A DNA stretch of 64,000 nt. It comes from Mustelus asterias (taxonomy: Eukaryota). A program made the position numbers and the translations under genes. The notes beneath the pieces are model-generated. The model was not told the origin of the DNA. It searched no databases and saw only the letters and a list, made by a program, of their open reading frames with translations. Location: positions 1 to 64,000 of the forward strand of contig NW_027590501.1 of the NCBI RefSeq assembly GCF_964213995.1. Reading direction: 5' to 3'. Within the stretch, counting starts at the first letter, position 1; the number at the start of each line of letters is the position of its first letter. This document shows positions 36,897 to 48,897 of this stretch, piece after piece.

Positions 36897-37721
36897 GTGG
36901 TCTTAAACTACCAACATTTCAGTTAACAGCTGAACGCGCTGACTAATTGCGCCACAGAGACTGACAAAACAGCTGCTAAAGATATTCTAAACCAGGGTGT
37001 CAATGACCCAAATTCTATTTCTGCAAAACCTGTTCCAGAACTACAGCATGACCGCAGCGTTTACAATTCTATATAAGTCTCTTTGGTTATGTTGATCCCG
37101 CAGAATCCCGCAGGATATAATACTTTCCACTCAATCACAAATAACATAATTCACAGCTGCACCGCCTTCCCAACATTGTGACCCATTTCCCTCAGGATTT
37201 CTTCCAGTATTTAATATTTTCCTGGTTTTCTCATCATTTTGAAATGAGATTCTCTTCACTGTACAACACAAATGGAATTGCAAATCTGACAGACAAACAA
37301 TGGAAAACAATTCACTGGGTAACAGAAATCCCACAGTGCTCATTTCCAGATTCACAACACTCAGCTTTTCAGTCAAATTAACGAATTTATGACTGAAAAG
37401 TTTTGGAAAGTTGGTAAAAATATTGTTTGTGACTTACTCGGGTATTGTGTAAATGCTGTTTGAATATTCAGTGAGCGCACTATAATCGATCAACTTTTTG
37501 ATGAGCGTTTGGTCGGTGCATTGTTATGTTTCACACCGTTTGGAGTATCCTGTGTCCCAGGGATGGGCAGGAAGCCGCTGATTGAAGCTGCAGTTGCCGC
37601 TTTCTGCTGGCAGCGGATGGGTGATTGGAGAGTGCGTGGTAAGATCCTGCTGCTTGTCCCTGTCCCACTCACTGTGGAACTGGGGTAGAGAGAATCATTG
37701 ATCGTTTTGTTTCCCCGTCTA

Positions 37722-38225
37722 TGTTGCATTATAGGAAGGATGTGGAGGCATTGGAAAGGGTGCAGAGGAGATTTACTAGGATGTTGCCTGGTATGGTGGG
37801 AAGGTTTTATGAGGAAAGGCTGAGAGACTTGAGGTTGTTTTCGTTAGAGAGAAAAAGGTTAAGAGGTGACTTAATAGAGGCATACAAGATGATCAGAGGA
37901 TGAGATAGGGTGGATAGTGAGAGCCTTTTTCCTCAGATGGTGATAGCTAGCACGAGGGGACATAGCTTTAAATTGAGGGGTGATAGATATAGGACAGATG
38001 TCAGAGGTAGATTCTTCACTCAGAGAGTAGTAAGGGCGTGGAATGCCCTGCCTGCAGCAGGAGTGGACTTGCCAACATTAAGGGCATTTAAATGGTCATT
38101 GGATAAACATGTGGATGATATTGGAATAGTGTAGGTTAGATGGGCTTTAGATTGGTTTCACTGGTCGGCGCAACATCGAGGGCCGAAGGGCCTGTACTGC
38201 GCTGTAATGTTCTATGTTCTATGAA
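37722..38225 (+). mobile_element. CR1 3' end, same subfamily as 3516-4030
   Basis: HYRKDVEALERVQRRFTRMLPGM...FFTQRVVRAWNALP and tail. Confidence 0.9.
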
Positions 38226-39055
38226 TCAGGGCAGCACTTACTCAGTTAATGGTAGGGCGTTGAGGAGAGTTACAGAACAAAGAGATCTAGAGGTACATGT
38301 TCATAGCTCCTTGAAAATGAGGTCACAAGATGGACAGTGGTGAAGAAGGCATTCGGCATGCTTGGTTTCGTCGGTCAGAACATTGAATACAGGAAGTGGG
38401 ACGTCTTGTTGAAGTTGTACAAGACATTGGGAAGGTCACATTTGGAATACTGTGTACAGTTCTGGTCATCCTATTATAGAAAAGATATTATTAAACTAGA
38501 AATAGTGCAGAAAAGATTTACAGGGATGCTACCCGGACTTGATGGTTTGAGTTATAAGGAACGGCTGGATAGACTGGAACTTTTTTCTCTGGAGCATAGA
38601 AGGCTGAGGGGTGATCTTATAGAAGTCTATAAAATAATGAGGGGCATAGCTCAGCTGGATAGTCAATATCTTTTCCCAAAGGTAGGGAAGTCTAAAACTG
38701 GAGGGCATAGGTTTAAGGTGAGAGGGGAGTGGTACAAAAGTGTCCAGAGGGGCAATTTTTTCACACAGAGGATAATGAGTGTCTGGAATAAGCTGCCAGA
38801 GGTAGTAGCAGAGGCGGGTACAATTCTGTCTTTTAAAAAGCACTTAGATTGGAACATGGATGCGATGGGTATAGAGGGATGTGGGCCAAATGCAGGCAAT
38901 TGGGACGAGCTTAGGGGTTTTAAAAAAAAGGGTGGCATTTACAAGTTGGGCCGAAGGGCCTGTTTCCATGCTGTAAATCTCCATGAAATTGTGGTCAGTG
39001 CAGATTCGATGGGCCGAATGGCCTCCTTCTGCACTGTAGGATTCTATGATTCTAT
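38226..39055 (+). mobile_element. CR1 ORF2 3' fragment
   Basis: ORF 38337-39086 (VKKAFGML...HLEYCVQFW...FFTQR). Confidence 0.9.
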
Positions 39056-39971
39056 TGATCATAAGTCTGACGTGTCCAGGTCATGAATGTGCACAATATT
39101 AATTCAGTGTGCCCTTAAATGTCAGCCATCTCCTGGAGAAAACATCCCTTTAATTGTGAACATTAGCAAAGAGACCATGCTTCATCCAGACAAAGAAATG
39201 AGTCAAGCTGAGGGAGCAAAGGATGTCAATGTCTTTAAAAAAGAGAGACAGACAGACCTGGGCCAACCTTTCCAGAGTCTGCAGCCTCCCTGGATTCACT
39301 TCCTTTCCCTTCAGTTGCTGCAAGTCCCCTATTTCCCCCAGAATGAGAAAAGAAATGGAAAGGGAGAGAAAAGAAAGTCTTTTACTCACAGATGTTGGCC
39401 TCTTTTTAGGTCAAACCAAATAAACAAAGCCAAATTAAGTCAGGACAAATTAAAAGGGGCAGCTCCCCAAAAGGAGGGGGAACAGCCCGAACAGAAATTA
39501 AAGTTCAAAGGAAACTTAAAGACATCAAATTAAAATGTGATTATCAGGGTCGATAACGCACCCCAACCCCTGTGGTGCCCAACGGGCGCGGAAAGCGTCA
39601 ACCGCGCCCGTGGACACCGCATGCTCCCTCTCCAGGGACACCTGGCCACGAACGGAGCCGCGGTAGAGGGGAAGACAGTCAGGATGGACGGCCCCCTCGA
39701 TCGCCCGCAGCCTGGATTGGTAAATGGCGCGTTTCGCCAGGCCCAGGAGCAGGTTCACGAGGAGGTCGCCATCCCGACCCTCCCCTCTCCGCACCGGGTG
39801 GCCGTAGATCAGGAGCGTGGGACTGAAGTGCAGACAAAACATCAACAAAAGGTTCTTTAGGAAAACATAAAGGGAGTGCAGCCTAAGACACACAACATAG
39901 ACATGGTCCACGCACTCCACAAGGCCGCAGAAGGGGCAGTCTTCAGAGCCCGTGAACCAGTGAATCCTACG

Positions 39972-40142
39972 GTTGTGGGGGGGGGGTGTGTGGGGGGGGG
40001 GGTGTGTGGGGGGGGCGTGGGGGGGTGGGGAGGGGTTTGGGGTGGGTGGAGGGGGTGGGGGCGTGGGGAGGGGTGGGGGGGTTGGGGGGGTGCGGGGGGT
40101 GGGGTGGGGGGGGGGGGGTGAGGGTGGGGTGGGGGTTGGGGA
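39972..40142. repeat. G-rich low-complexity tract at the Tx1 ORF1/ORF2 deletion junction
   Basis: Many G4-G12 runs; G-quadruplex-prone. Confidence 0.9.
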
Positions 40143-41749
40143 GCAGCATCGCGAGGCGACCGTGTTCCAGACAGTGAATCCGCACGAGGGACGACTCGGT
40201 GGGAGGCACGAGGGAGACCCCGCCTCGCTCTGGGCAGACTCCAAAAGTGCCCCCGTGCCCACCACCGAGCCGCTGACCTCCTCAGGGCGGTCGCCCCTCG
40301 ACTCCGAGTCCCCCGCCGCAGGACGTACGGCGGGTGGCACGGAGCCGCCAACTCGCCCCAACCCCTCCCCGATCCCACCCCCAGGATCGGCGGAGGAGGG
40401 GTTCCCCCCGGGCTCAGCTTCCCCGGTTTGCAGGCCCGCGTGCAGCGGCGACTCAGTCCCCCGCTCCGCCCCAGACGCTTGGACACCCCCCAGGTCCGGT
40501 ACAACCTCCGGATTAAGGTCAGGGATGTCCAGCGTCCAAGGCCGGGACGGAGAGGACGAGTGGACCATTTCCTCGCCGCCGCCGCACAGGGACACGAACA
40601 TTGGGGTGTCGCCCCAGTCCCCCGGCATACTGAAAAAGAACTCCGGGTTGTAATCGGCTGAGTGGAACGAATACTAAACCCTCCCTCCAGGACCTCCTCC
40701 CGGGTCAGGCAGACAAATGGAGAAATGGACAAAAAGGAGTAGACATGGCGGAGGGAGGGGTCCCAAAGGTCAAGCAGGATCGGCACCACCCCGGACCTAA
40801 CCTCCCCCAGTGGATGGATGTGGGGGAGGAGGAGCTCACCGGGTAGAAAGGGCGGGACGTTCGAGATGATGATCTTATGGGCGGTGGCCTCCAAAGGGTT
40901 CACCGCCAGGAACGTCCCGCCCACCGTGAGCCCCCTCTCCAGGGCGAGGTGGACCGCCCGCTCGGCCTTCAAAAAGAATACGGCCCGGCCGTACATCTTA
41001 GAGGCCGCGACAATGGCTGAGGGGCCGACAACCCCAGCCATTGCCTTAACACAGGCCTCGATGGACATGTCGGGGTGGGCGTCGCACTTAACCCCGAGCT
41101 GCCGCGTGAGCAACGAAAAAGGTGGCAGGGCCTTGGGAGCGGCGGGGGCTCTGGTAGCCGCCACGCCCGCATAGGTGGGCCGAGAAGGCTCTGCCACCGG
41201 CGACGCTGGCGATGCCTCCATAGTAATCAAGGGAGTGCTACGCCCACCCCGAGACTGCCCAGATGCACGGCAGGGTGTATAAGAGGAGGGAAAAATAAGG
41301 GAGGGTAGGGTAGGTGGATGGGGGTCTAGGTGCTCTCTCCCCGGATCGAGAGAGGAGAGAGGAGGTCGGAGGAGCAGGAGGGAGGACGAGGGACAAGGCA
41401 CGGAGGGGGGCCGGTGCCCCAGTCAGGGGGAAAGAGGGGAGGGGGTGTCGGTGTTGGGGGCAGCAGCAGTGGGTGGGGGACTTTACTCCTCCAGCCCTTT
41501 CGGGCGCAAACAGTTCAAGTCCGGGGTGTCTTCACCACCCCCCCCGCCCCCCACTGCAGATGGAAGAAACAGTCTGAATTTACTTCACCCCCCCTCCCTT
41601 TCAGGTACCGACCTTCTGATGATGAGGGCACCAGCCCAACCACTCAGTCCCTAGATGTTGAAACGTGCCGTCCTCCCTCCCATAGATGGAAAGAAAAAAG
41701 AAAGTCACTCCGTGTCCTCTCTCCCTCCAGAGAGAGAGCACCGTCCAGT

Positions 41750-41890
41750 GGACGGACGGACGGAAGGCAGGTAGGCCAGACGGCAGGCAGGCAGGCCAGA
41801 CAACAGGCAGGCAGGCAGGCCAGACGGCAGGCAGGCAGGCCAGACAACAGGCAGGCAGGCAGGCAGGCCGGACAGCAGGCAGGCAGGCAA
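41750..41890. repeat. (GGCA)n-based microsatellite in the Tx1 5' UTR
   Basis: ggcaggcaggcaggccagac units. Confidence 0.9.
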
Positions 41891-41943
41891 CAGCTCACCT
41901 TCCTCCCCCTTCCCACTTTCAGATGCTGGAATTAACAAATTAA

Positions 41944-42016
41944 CATTTCTGCCCGGTTTCGAGCCGGGGACCTTTCGGGTGTCAGGCAAATGTGACAACC
42001 ACTTCACTACAGAAAC
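41944..42016 (-). pseudogene. tRNA-Val-derived gene with GAC anticodon, probably a pseudogene
   Basis: GTTTCTGTAGTGAAGTGGTTGTCACATTTGCCTGACACCCGAAAGGTCCCCGGCTCGAAACCGGGCAGAAATG; T54C in the B box and an anticodon-stem mismatch. Confidence 0.8.
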
Positions 42017-42079
42017 AACCTCTCTGATGTTGGAGAGGGGAGGAAGTTTCAGTCTGTCTGAAGCTCAATCTTCATTCAC

Positions 42080-42485
42080 ACAAAGCCCGCGCTCTGATCA
42101 GCTGGAGGACCAGAGTCCTTCCGGTCCTCCAACTCTTCCTATTAATCAACACCTCAGAAGGTCAGGGGGTGGGATCTGCCCTGCAATTCTCAGCTTCCCC
42201 CTCCCTTGGACATGCGCAGTCCCCGGCCGGGGGGAGGGGGAGATCACCGAGCGGCTTCTCGCTCTGGCCGGAGCCGCCAGCCGGTTGCCTGGAAACCTTG
42301 GCTCGATGTGGTGCAGGGGGAGGGGAACAATGGGTGGGGGCGGGGCTCCCAGGTCCGCGCGCCCGGGCCTGCGCACTGGAACCCGGAGACGTCACCGCGG
42401 AGCACAGTGATTCCTATTGGCTGATTCAGGCAGGACTCCATTGTGACATCACAAAGGGGAAGTTGGCCAATGATGATGTAATTTA
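42080..42485. promoter_or_regulatory. CpG-rich promoter-like island (CCAAT boxes, CRE-like TGACATCA, NRF1-like ATGCGCA)
   Basis: Locally high CpG; ATTGG at about 42416, CCAAT at about 42467; shares a motif block with the ZNF promoter at 49380-49450. Confidence 0.55.
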
Positions 42486-43234
42486 AACAATGCCTGAGAT
42501 CACTTCACTTCTTGGTCAGACCCCCTTTTCAGTCCAGTGCTACTTGGAGTTTACCGTCAATTCAACAACTATTGGGTTACAAGTCCCTCACAGTTCTGAT
42601 CTCAAATTTATGATAAAATAATTTAAATAATGCATGAGAACGCTTCTTAACTAACTACCGACCACTATTTGTTGATTGGTCAGACCCCCTTTTTTACAGA
42701 TTCGGGAATCTCAGCCACTGAACACCAGCCGGTCCTGGAATAAGTTTAATTCTAACTCATTCTGAGTAAATATTCTCACCAGGTCCTCTTTCGGAGCCCT
42801 GCTTAGCAGCTTTAATGGTCCGTGATTGCAGAAACTGAGCAGTCACAAGAATGTGGTCAAGATAGTCCAGTCCCATAATGCCTCACATTCAATCTGCAGT
42901 CCTTCAATTATAACAGAATATGTGGCTGTATGTAGCTGCCTCGGCCATTGTCAACCCCAACACTGCCTTCCTGAACTGCTACAATGCCTGAGGTGTAAGT
43001 ACACCCACAGTGCTGTTAGGGAGGGATTTCCAGCTACACATTCCACACTTCCTCTAGACTGTGGGTGGATACGAGATTGATACATTTCATTCAACTGCAC
43101 CCAAGCTGAGTTATTCAAATCCCTTTATTGTACGGGACAATATATTCATGATTTCTTTAAAACAGAAATTAAACATTCCCATTTGATTTCAGGTATTAAC
43201 ATATTCTGTTAGTTTGTTCTTTATTGTCAATGTC

Positions 43235-43520
43235 AGGCTGGGGGTTGTTCCTCTTGGAGAAAAGGAGGTTGAGGGGAGATTTGATAGAGGTGGAGAAGAT
43301 TCTGACAGGTTTAGATAAGGTGGACAAAGAAAAGCTGTTCCCATTAGCTGACGGACAAGGACGAGGGGGACACAGATTTATGGTTTTGGGTCAGAGATGC
43401 AGGAGGGATGTGAGGAAGAATATTTTGATGCAGCGAATGGTAATGACCTGGAACTCGCTGCCTACGAGGGTGGAGGAAGTGGAGACAATAAACAATTACA
43501 AAGGAAATTGGATGGGCATT
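43235..43520 (+). mobile_element. CR1 3' fragment
   Basis: GLFLLEKRRLRGDLIEV...TWNSLP. Confidence 0.8.
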
Positions 43521-43778
43521 GGGAGGTTTCAAACAGAAATAGTGACTCTGAACTTCCTAACACCCTGTCACTCTGTGATCCGTGTGAAATCTGAAACCAG
43601 GTATTCGCAACAAGACTCAAAGAGCATCAGCCCACTGGAGACAAAGTCATGAGACCGGCCAGTCCAGCACAAAGAAACCCTCTGACCCTCCCCATTGACC
43701 AACTGTGAGAATGAACAAAATGCAGTCCTGGATGTAATTGAGAGCAGAAACAATAACAGCAGAATCCAACCCCTGGAA

Positions 43779-44285
43779 TCACTCGTGAACTTTTTGGTGT
43801 CTCAACAGATGGGATGAAAGACTGAATATCTTCTCACACACAGAGCAGGAGAACGGTCTCTCCCCAGTGTGAACTCGCTGGTGTCTCAGCAGCCGGGATG
43901 AAACTTTGAATCCCTTCCCACACTGAGAGCAGGTGAACGGCCTCTCCCCAGTGTGAACTCGCTGGTGTATCTGCAGGTCAGATAATTGACTGAACCCCTT
44001 CCCACACTGAGAACAGGTGAACGGCCTCTCCCCAGTGTGAACTCGCTGGTGTCTAAGCAGGGTGGATAAATTAGTGAATCCCTTCCCACACTGAGAGCAG
44101 GTGAACGGTCTCTCCCCACTGTGAACTCGCTGGTGTCTCTGCAGGTTGGATAACTGACTGAATCCCTTCTCACACTGAGAGCAGGTGAATGGCTTCTCCC
44201 CAGTGTGGCTGCGCCGATGAACTTCCAGCTCTGAAGGGGCTCCGTATCCCTTCCCACAGTCCGCACATTTCCATGGTTTCTCCAT
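43779..44285 (-). CDS. C2H2 zinc-finger protein, 6 tandem fingers, no KRAB/SCAN/BTB domain (ZNF-A)
   Basis: accATGG Kozak start, MEKPWKC...; TGE(K/R)PF linkers; open to stop; splice acceptor ttttacag at 44637. Confidence 0.85.
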   Translation of the reverse strand: MEKPWKCADCGKGYGAPSELEVHRRSHTGEKPFTCSQCEKGFSQLSNLQRHQRVHSGERPFTCSQCGKGFTNLSTLLRHQRVHTGERPFTCSQCGKGFSQLSDLQIHQRVHTGERPFTCSQCGKGFKVSSRLLRHQRVHTGERPFSCSVCEKIFSLSSHLLRHQKVHE

Positions 44286-44879
44286 GGTGCAGGTGTCCTT
44301 GCCTCTCTCTTGGGTGGACAATCAGTTGAAGCCTCGTCCACACACAGAACACGTGTCCAGTCTCTCCCCGCTGTGAATGGTGTGATATTTATTCAGTCTG
44401 TGTAACTGGTTAAAGCTCTTGAGTCTGTGAACTGGAACACTCTCACTCGAGTGTGACAGTGTGTTGGTGCTTTTCCAGTCACACTAATGATTGAAATCTT
44501 TTCAAACTGACAGCCCAGACAACAATTTCTCCTTCAAGATACAAAGGCCGATGATATTCAGGTCCCAAGGAATATGACTCTGTCAGATCTAGATGTGACG
44601 TTTGAGATTTCGGCCTGTGATTCCTCTTTCAATGTCCTGTAAAACAAGTTTACAGAAGTCATCAGTGTCAGTACAGGATAGAAATTCAGAACACACAATT
44701 CTAGTTTCTGTGGAACATTCTTTCCTCTCTCCAGACTCGGAACATTGGCTCTATTCTCTCTCTATCTGGTGGATAGCGTGGGAAATGATGCTGCGGTAGA
44801 TCAGCCAATTCTCAATGAATGGTTGAGGCAGTTCGATGGGCTGAATGGCCAACTGCAGCTCCTATTATGATTTCTGAGT

Positions 44880-45058
44880 CGTGGACAGGAAGCAGTGAGC
44901 ATGGATCTGTCAATCAGCCTCAATCAGCATCTTCAGGAGAATTGGGAGGGTGAATATTAGATACAGCAGAGTGAGAATGGAGGGAGACTGTGTGGTATGG
45001 AGATTTACAGCTTTTGGGAATGAGAGGGGAAAAAATGTTCATGAGAATCATAGAATTA
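44880..45058 (+). other. Orphan copy of the ZNF 5' module (mini-exon and intron start), homologous to 56640-56815
   Basis: ggacaggaagcagtgagcATGGATCTGTCAATCAGCCTCAATCAGC... near-identical to 56641-56810; no finger exon follows. Confidence 0.75.
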
Positions 45059-45334
45059 ATACATCTTATCAACCGTCCGAGCTTTCACAATGAATCTCTC
45101 TTCTCAGGACACTCTTATCTCTGACTTGTCTGTGCTGCTCGCAGTCTCACAAAGCAGCTGCCTGTGTGTTGATACAAGGGGCCCTGCTCGGCAAGTTTAA
45201 TGCTCCATGGCTGTGTCTTTAATGACTGAATAACTATAGGAATATGGTCAAGACAGCGAAATCACATGATGCTTTATGTTTCGGTTAGTAACTGCCCATT
45301 TTGTTAACATAGCACATTTGGATATATAAATACA

Positions 45335-45520
45335 TATAAAAGCAAAATATTGCGGATGCTGGAATCTGAAACAAAAACAGAAAATGCTGGAAAATGTCAG
45401 CAGGTCTGACAGCATCTGTGGAGAGAGAATAGAGCCAACGTTTAAAGTCTGGATGACCCTTCATCAGAGTTCTGACAAAGGGTCATCCAGACTCGAAATG
45501 TTAGTCTATTCTCACTCTAT
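45335..45520. mobile_element. Penelope-like terminal fold-back with two inverted, mutated hammerhead cores
   Basis: Palindrome centred near 45468: minus CTGATGA-A-GGGTC(ATCCA)GACTT-TAAA, plus CTGACAA-A-GGGTC(ATCCA)GACTC-GAAA. Confidence 0.7.
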
Positions 45521-46089
45521 AAATATATATACGACAGCTGCCTCAGCCTTGGCCCACTCTAACACATGCACGAAGCAGGGCTGACTATGTGGAAATGCTC
45601 AGATTAAAGTTTCCTGCCTTCTCTTTAACAGCGAGTGAAAATGTTTATCGGCTTGCAGACCTTCAAAGGAGTCAGTGTCTGCTATTTCAGCATGAACAGG
45701 CTAATCTTCACCGACGTAGGCCCCAGAACATTCTGCTTTTCGGCCTTCACCAGAGGGTGAGCAAGACCAGATTTCTCCATAACAAATACCAAAGGCGAGA
45801 TATGGGGATATGCTATGCAAATAAAAGATTAGCAGAAGTCAATTTTGAACGCGAAAGGGCGAAAAGCTAGGATTTAATTGGCGAATATGTCCGTCAATGA
45901 AGGATTAGAAACATTCCTGGTTTCTGATTTGCTGTAATTGACTATTATTGCCAAGTTATTTTTCTGTAACATCAGAACCACTTGCGGGACAGCTGCACAG
46001 GGTTTCTCCTTGTGCACAAGTTATTAAAGGCCCCACATTGGATTGTGCGTGGTGTCCAGTGCTGTTTGTACTCAAGTTGACTAAGGATG

Positions 46090-46770
46090 CTTAAAGTTGC
46101 TGGTACCCAGGATCTCTGACAACTCTCCCTAACCAGACCTTGATTACCCAAAGGTTGGCCAAATCCTCTCCAGTAACTTACCCGCCACTGTTGTCAGGTT
46201 CACCGGCCTGTAATTACCAGGCTTCTCTTTGCAACCCTTCTCCAACAATGGAATAACATTAGCCACACTCTAGTCTTCCAGAACTTCACCAGTGGAAAGG
46301 GATGAAGCAAATATTTCTGCAAGAGCCTCTGCAATTTCTTCCCCAAACTCCCACAAGATCAGAGGATGCACTTGATTAGATTTATTACTGTCACATGTAC
46401 TAGTATACAGTGAAAAGAATTGTTTCTTGCACACTATCAAGACAAGGCATACAGTTCATAGAGAAGGAAAGGAGAGAGTGCAGGATGTAGTGTTACAGTC
46501 ATAGCTAAGGTGGACAGAAAGATCAACTTAGTGCGGGGTAGGTCCATTCAAAAGTCTGATGGCAACAGGGAAGAAGCTGTTCTTGAGTTGGTTGGTACGT
46601 GAGCTCAGACTTTTGTTTCATTTCCCAAAGGAAATAGGTGGAAGCGTGAATGTCCGGGGTGCGAGGGTTGATTATGCTGGCTGCTTTTCCGAGGCACCCG
46701 GATGTGTACACAGAGTCAATGGATGGGAGGCAGGTTTGGGTGATGGACTGGGCTTCATTCACAATCCTTT
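46090..46770 (-). mobile_element. CR1 internal fragment (46090-46372) plus Rex1/Babar 3' end (46373-46770)
   Basis: Homology to the CR1 NYRPVSLT region and to 890-1270. Confidence 0.75.
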
Positions 46771-46771
46771 G

Positions 46772-48897
46772 AGGAATCCTTTGTTGAGAAAAGCATGGAT
46801 GTTAGGGAACTTGAGGAAATAAATAGTGATGTCTTCAGGAGTGCACATGTAACAGAGAAGGAGGTGCTGGAAGTCTTAAAGTGCATCAAGGTAGATAAAT
46901 CCCCGGGACCTGATGAAGTGGATCCTAGGACATTGTGGGAGGCTAGGGAGGACATTGTGGGTCCCCGAGCAGAGATATTTGAATCATCGATAGTCACAGG
47001 TGAGGTGCCTGAAGATTGGACGGTGGCAAATGTTGTGCCTTTGTTTGAGAAGGGCTGCAGGGAAAAGCCTGGGAACTACAGGCCGGTGGGTGAGCCTCAC
47101 ATCTGTAGTGGCTGAGTTGCTTGAAGGAATTTTGAGAGACAGGATCTACAGGCATTTAGAGACGCAAGGACTGATTAGGGACAGCATGGCTTTGTGAGTG
47201 GAAAATCATGTCTCACAAATTTGATTGAGTTTTTTAGAACTTAGAACATAGAAAAAAATACAGCACAAACAGGCCCTTCGGCCCACAAGTTGCGCCGGTC
47301 GTGTCCCTACCTACCTAGGCTTATATATAGGCTTACCTATAACCCTCAATCCTATTAAGTCCCATGTACTCATCCAGAAGTCTCTTAAAAGACCCTATCG
47401 AGTTTGCCTCCACCACCCTGACGGCAGCCGATTCCACTACCCACCACCCTCTGAGTGAAGAACTTACCCCTGACATCTCCTCTGTAGCTACTCCCCAGGA
47501 CCTTAAACCTGTATCCTCTCATAGCAGCCATTTCAGCCCTGGGAAAAAGCCTCCGAGAATCCACTCGATCTATACCTCTCAACATCTTGTACACCTCGAT
47601 CAGGTCACCTCTCATCCTTCGACTCTCCAAGGAGAAAAGACCGAGCTCCCTCAACCTATCCTCATAAGGCATGCCAACCAATCCAGGCAACATCCTTGTA
47701 AATCTTCTCTGCACCCTTGCAATCATTTACACATCCCTCCTGTAATGAGGTGACCAGAACTGAGCACAGTCCTCCAAGTGGGGTCTGACGAGGGTCTTAT
47801 GAAGCTGCATCATTATCTCCCAACTCCTAAACTCAATCCCTCGATTGATGAAGGCCAGCACACCATACGCCTTCTTAACCACCTCCTCTACCTGCGAGGC
47901 CGATTTAAGAGTCCTATGGACCCGGACCCCAAGGTCCTTCTGATCCTCTACACTGCTAAGAGTCTTACCCTTGATATTATATTTTTGAAGGGGTAACCAA
48001 GAAGGTAGATGAGGGCAGTGCAGTTGATGTTGTCTACATGGACTTTAGCAAGGCCTTTGACAAGGTACCACATGGTAGGTTGTCGCATAAGGTTAAATCT
48101 CACAGAAGCCAGGGTACGGTAGCCAAATGGATACAAAATGGGCTTGATGACAGAAGATAGAGGGTGGTTGTGGAGGGTTGTTTTTCAAACTGGAGGCTTG
48201 TGACCAGCAGTGTGCCTCACGGATCGGTGCTGGGTCCTCTGTTATTTGCCATTTATATTCATGATTTGGATGGGAATATAGGAGGCATTGTTATTAATTT
48301 TGCAGATGACACCAAGATTGGTGGCATATTGGACAGTGAAGGTTATCTAGGATTGCATCAGGATCCTGGTCAATTGGGCCAGTGGGCTGATGAATGGTAG
48401 ATGGAGTTAAATTTAGATAAATGCAAGGTGATGCATTTTGGTGGATTGAACCAGGGCAGGACTTACTCAGTTAATGGTGGGACTTGAAGAGAGCTATAGA
48501 ATAAAGAGATCCAGGAGTACAGGTTCATAGCTCCTTGAAAACGGAGTCACAGGTGGACAGAATGGTGAAGAAGGCATTCAGCATGCTTGGTTTCATTGGT
48601 CAGAACATTGAATACAGGAGTTGGGACGTCTTGTTGGAGTTGTAAAAGACATTGGTAAGGCCACACTTGGAATACTGTGTCCAGTTCTGGTCACCCTATT
48701 ATAGAAAGGATATTATTAAACAAGAAAACGTGCAGAAAAGATTTACTAGGATGCTACCGGGACTTGATGGTTTGAGTTATGAGGCTGGATAGACTGCGAC
48801 TTTTTTCTCTGGAGCGTAGGAGGCTTTGTAGTGACCTTATAGAGGTCTATAAAATAATGAGGGGCATAGATCAGCGGGATAGTCAATATCTTTTCCC
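46772..48897 (+). mobile_element. CR1 ORF2 interrupted by an inverted CR1 3' fragment (47236-47980, minus)
   Basis: KSPGPDEV...NYRP; text breaks at ttgagtttttt and resumes tttttgaaggggtaacc at 47982; nested copy has a tail at 47236-47255. Confidence 0.88.

Larger units (their letters stand above)
36661..36961 (-). pseudogene. tRNA-Asn(GTT) pseudogene split by a 214-bp insertion
   Basis: GTCTCTGTGGCGCAATTAGTCAGCGCGTTCAGCTGTTAACTGAA... (36961 downward); 3' end AGTTCAAGACCACCCAGAGACG at 36682-36661. Confidence 0.85.
39399..41919 (-). mobile_element. Tx1-clade non-LTR retrotransposon, internally deleted (5' UTR, ORF1 N-terminal half, ORF2 C-terminus)
   Basis: ORF1 from ATG 41221 (RPTYAGVAA...LTRQLGVKC...SIEACVKAMAGVVGPSAIVAASKMYGRAVFFLK...IIISNVPPF); ORF2 end CPFCGLVECVDHVYVVC...NLLLGLAKRAIY (39525-39965); endonuclease and RT absent. 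Confidence 0.85.
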
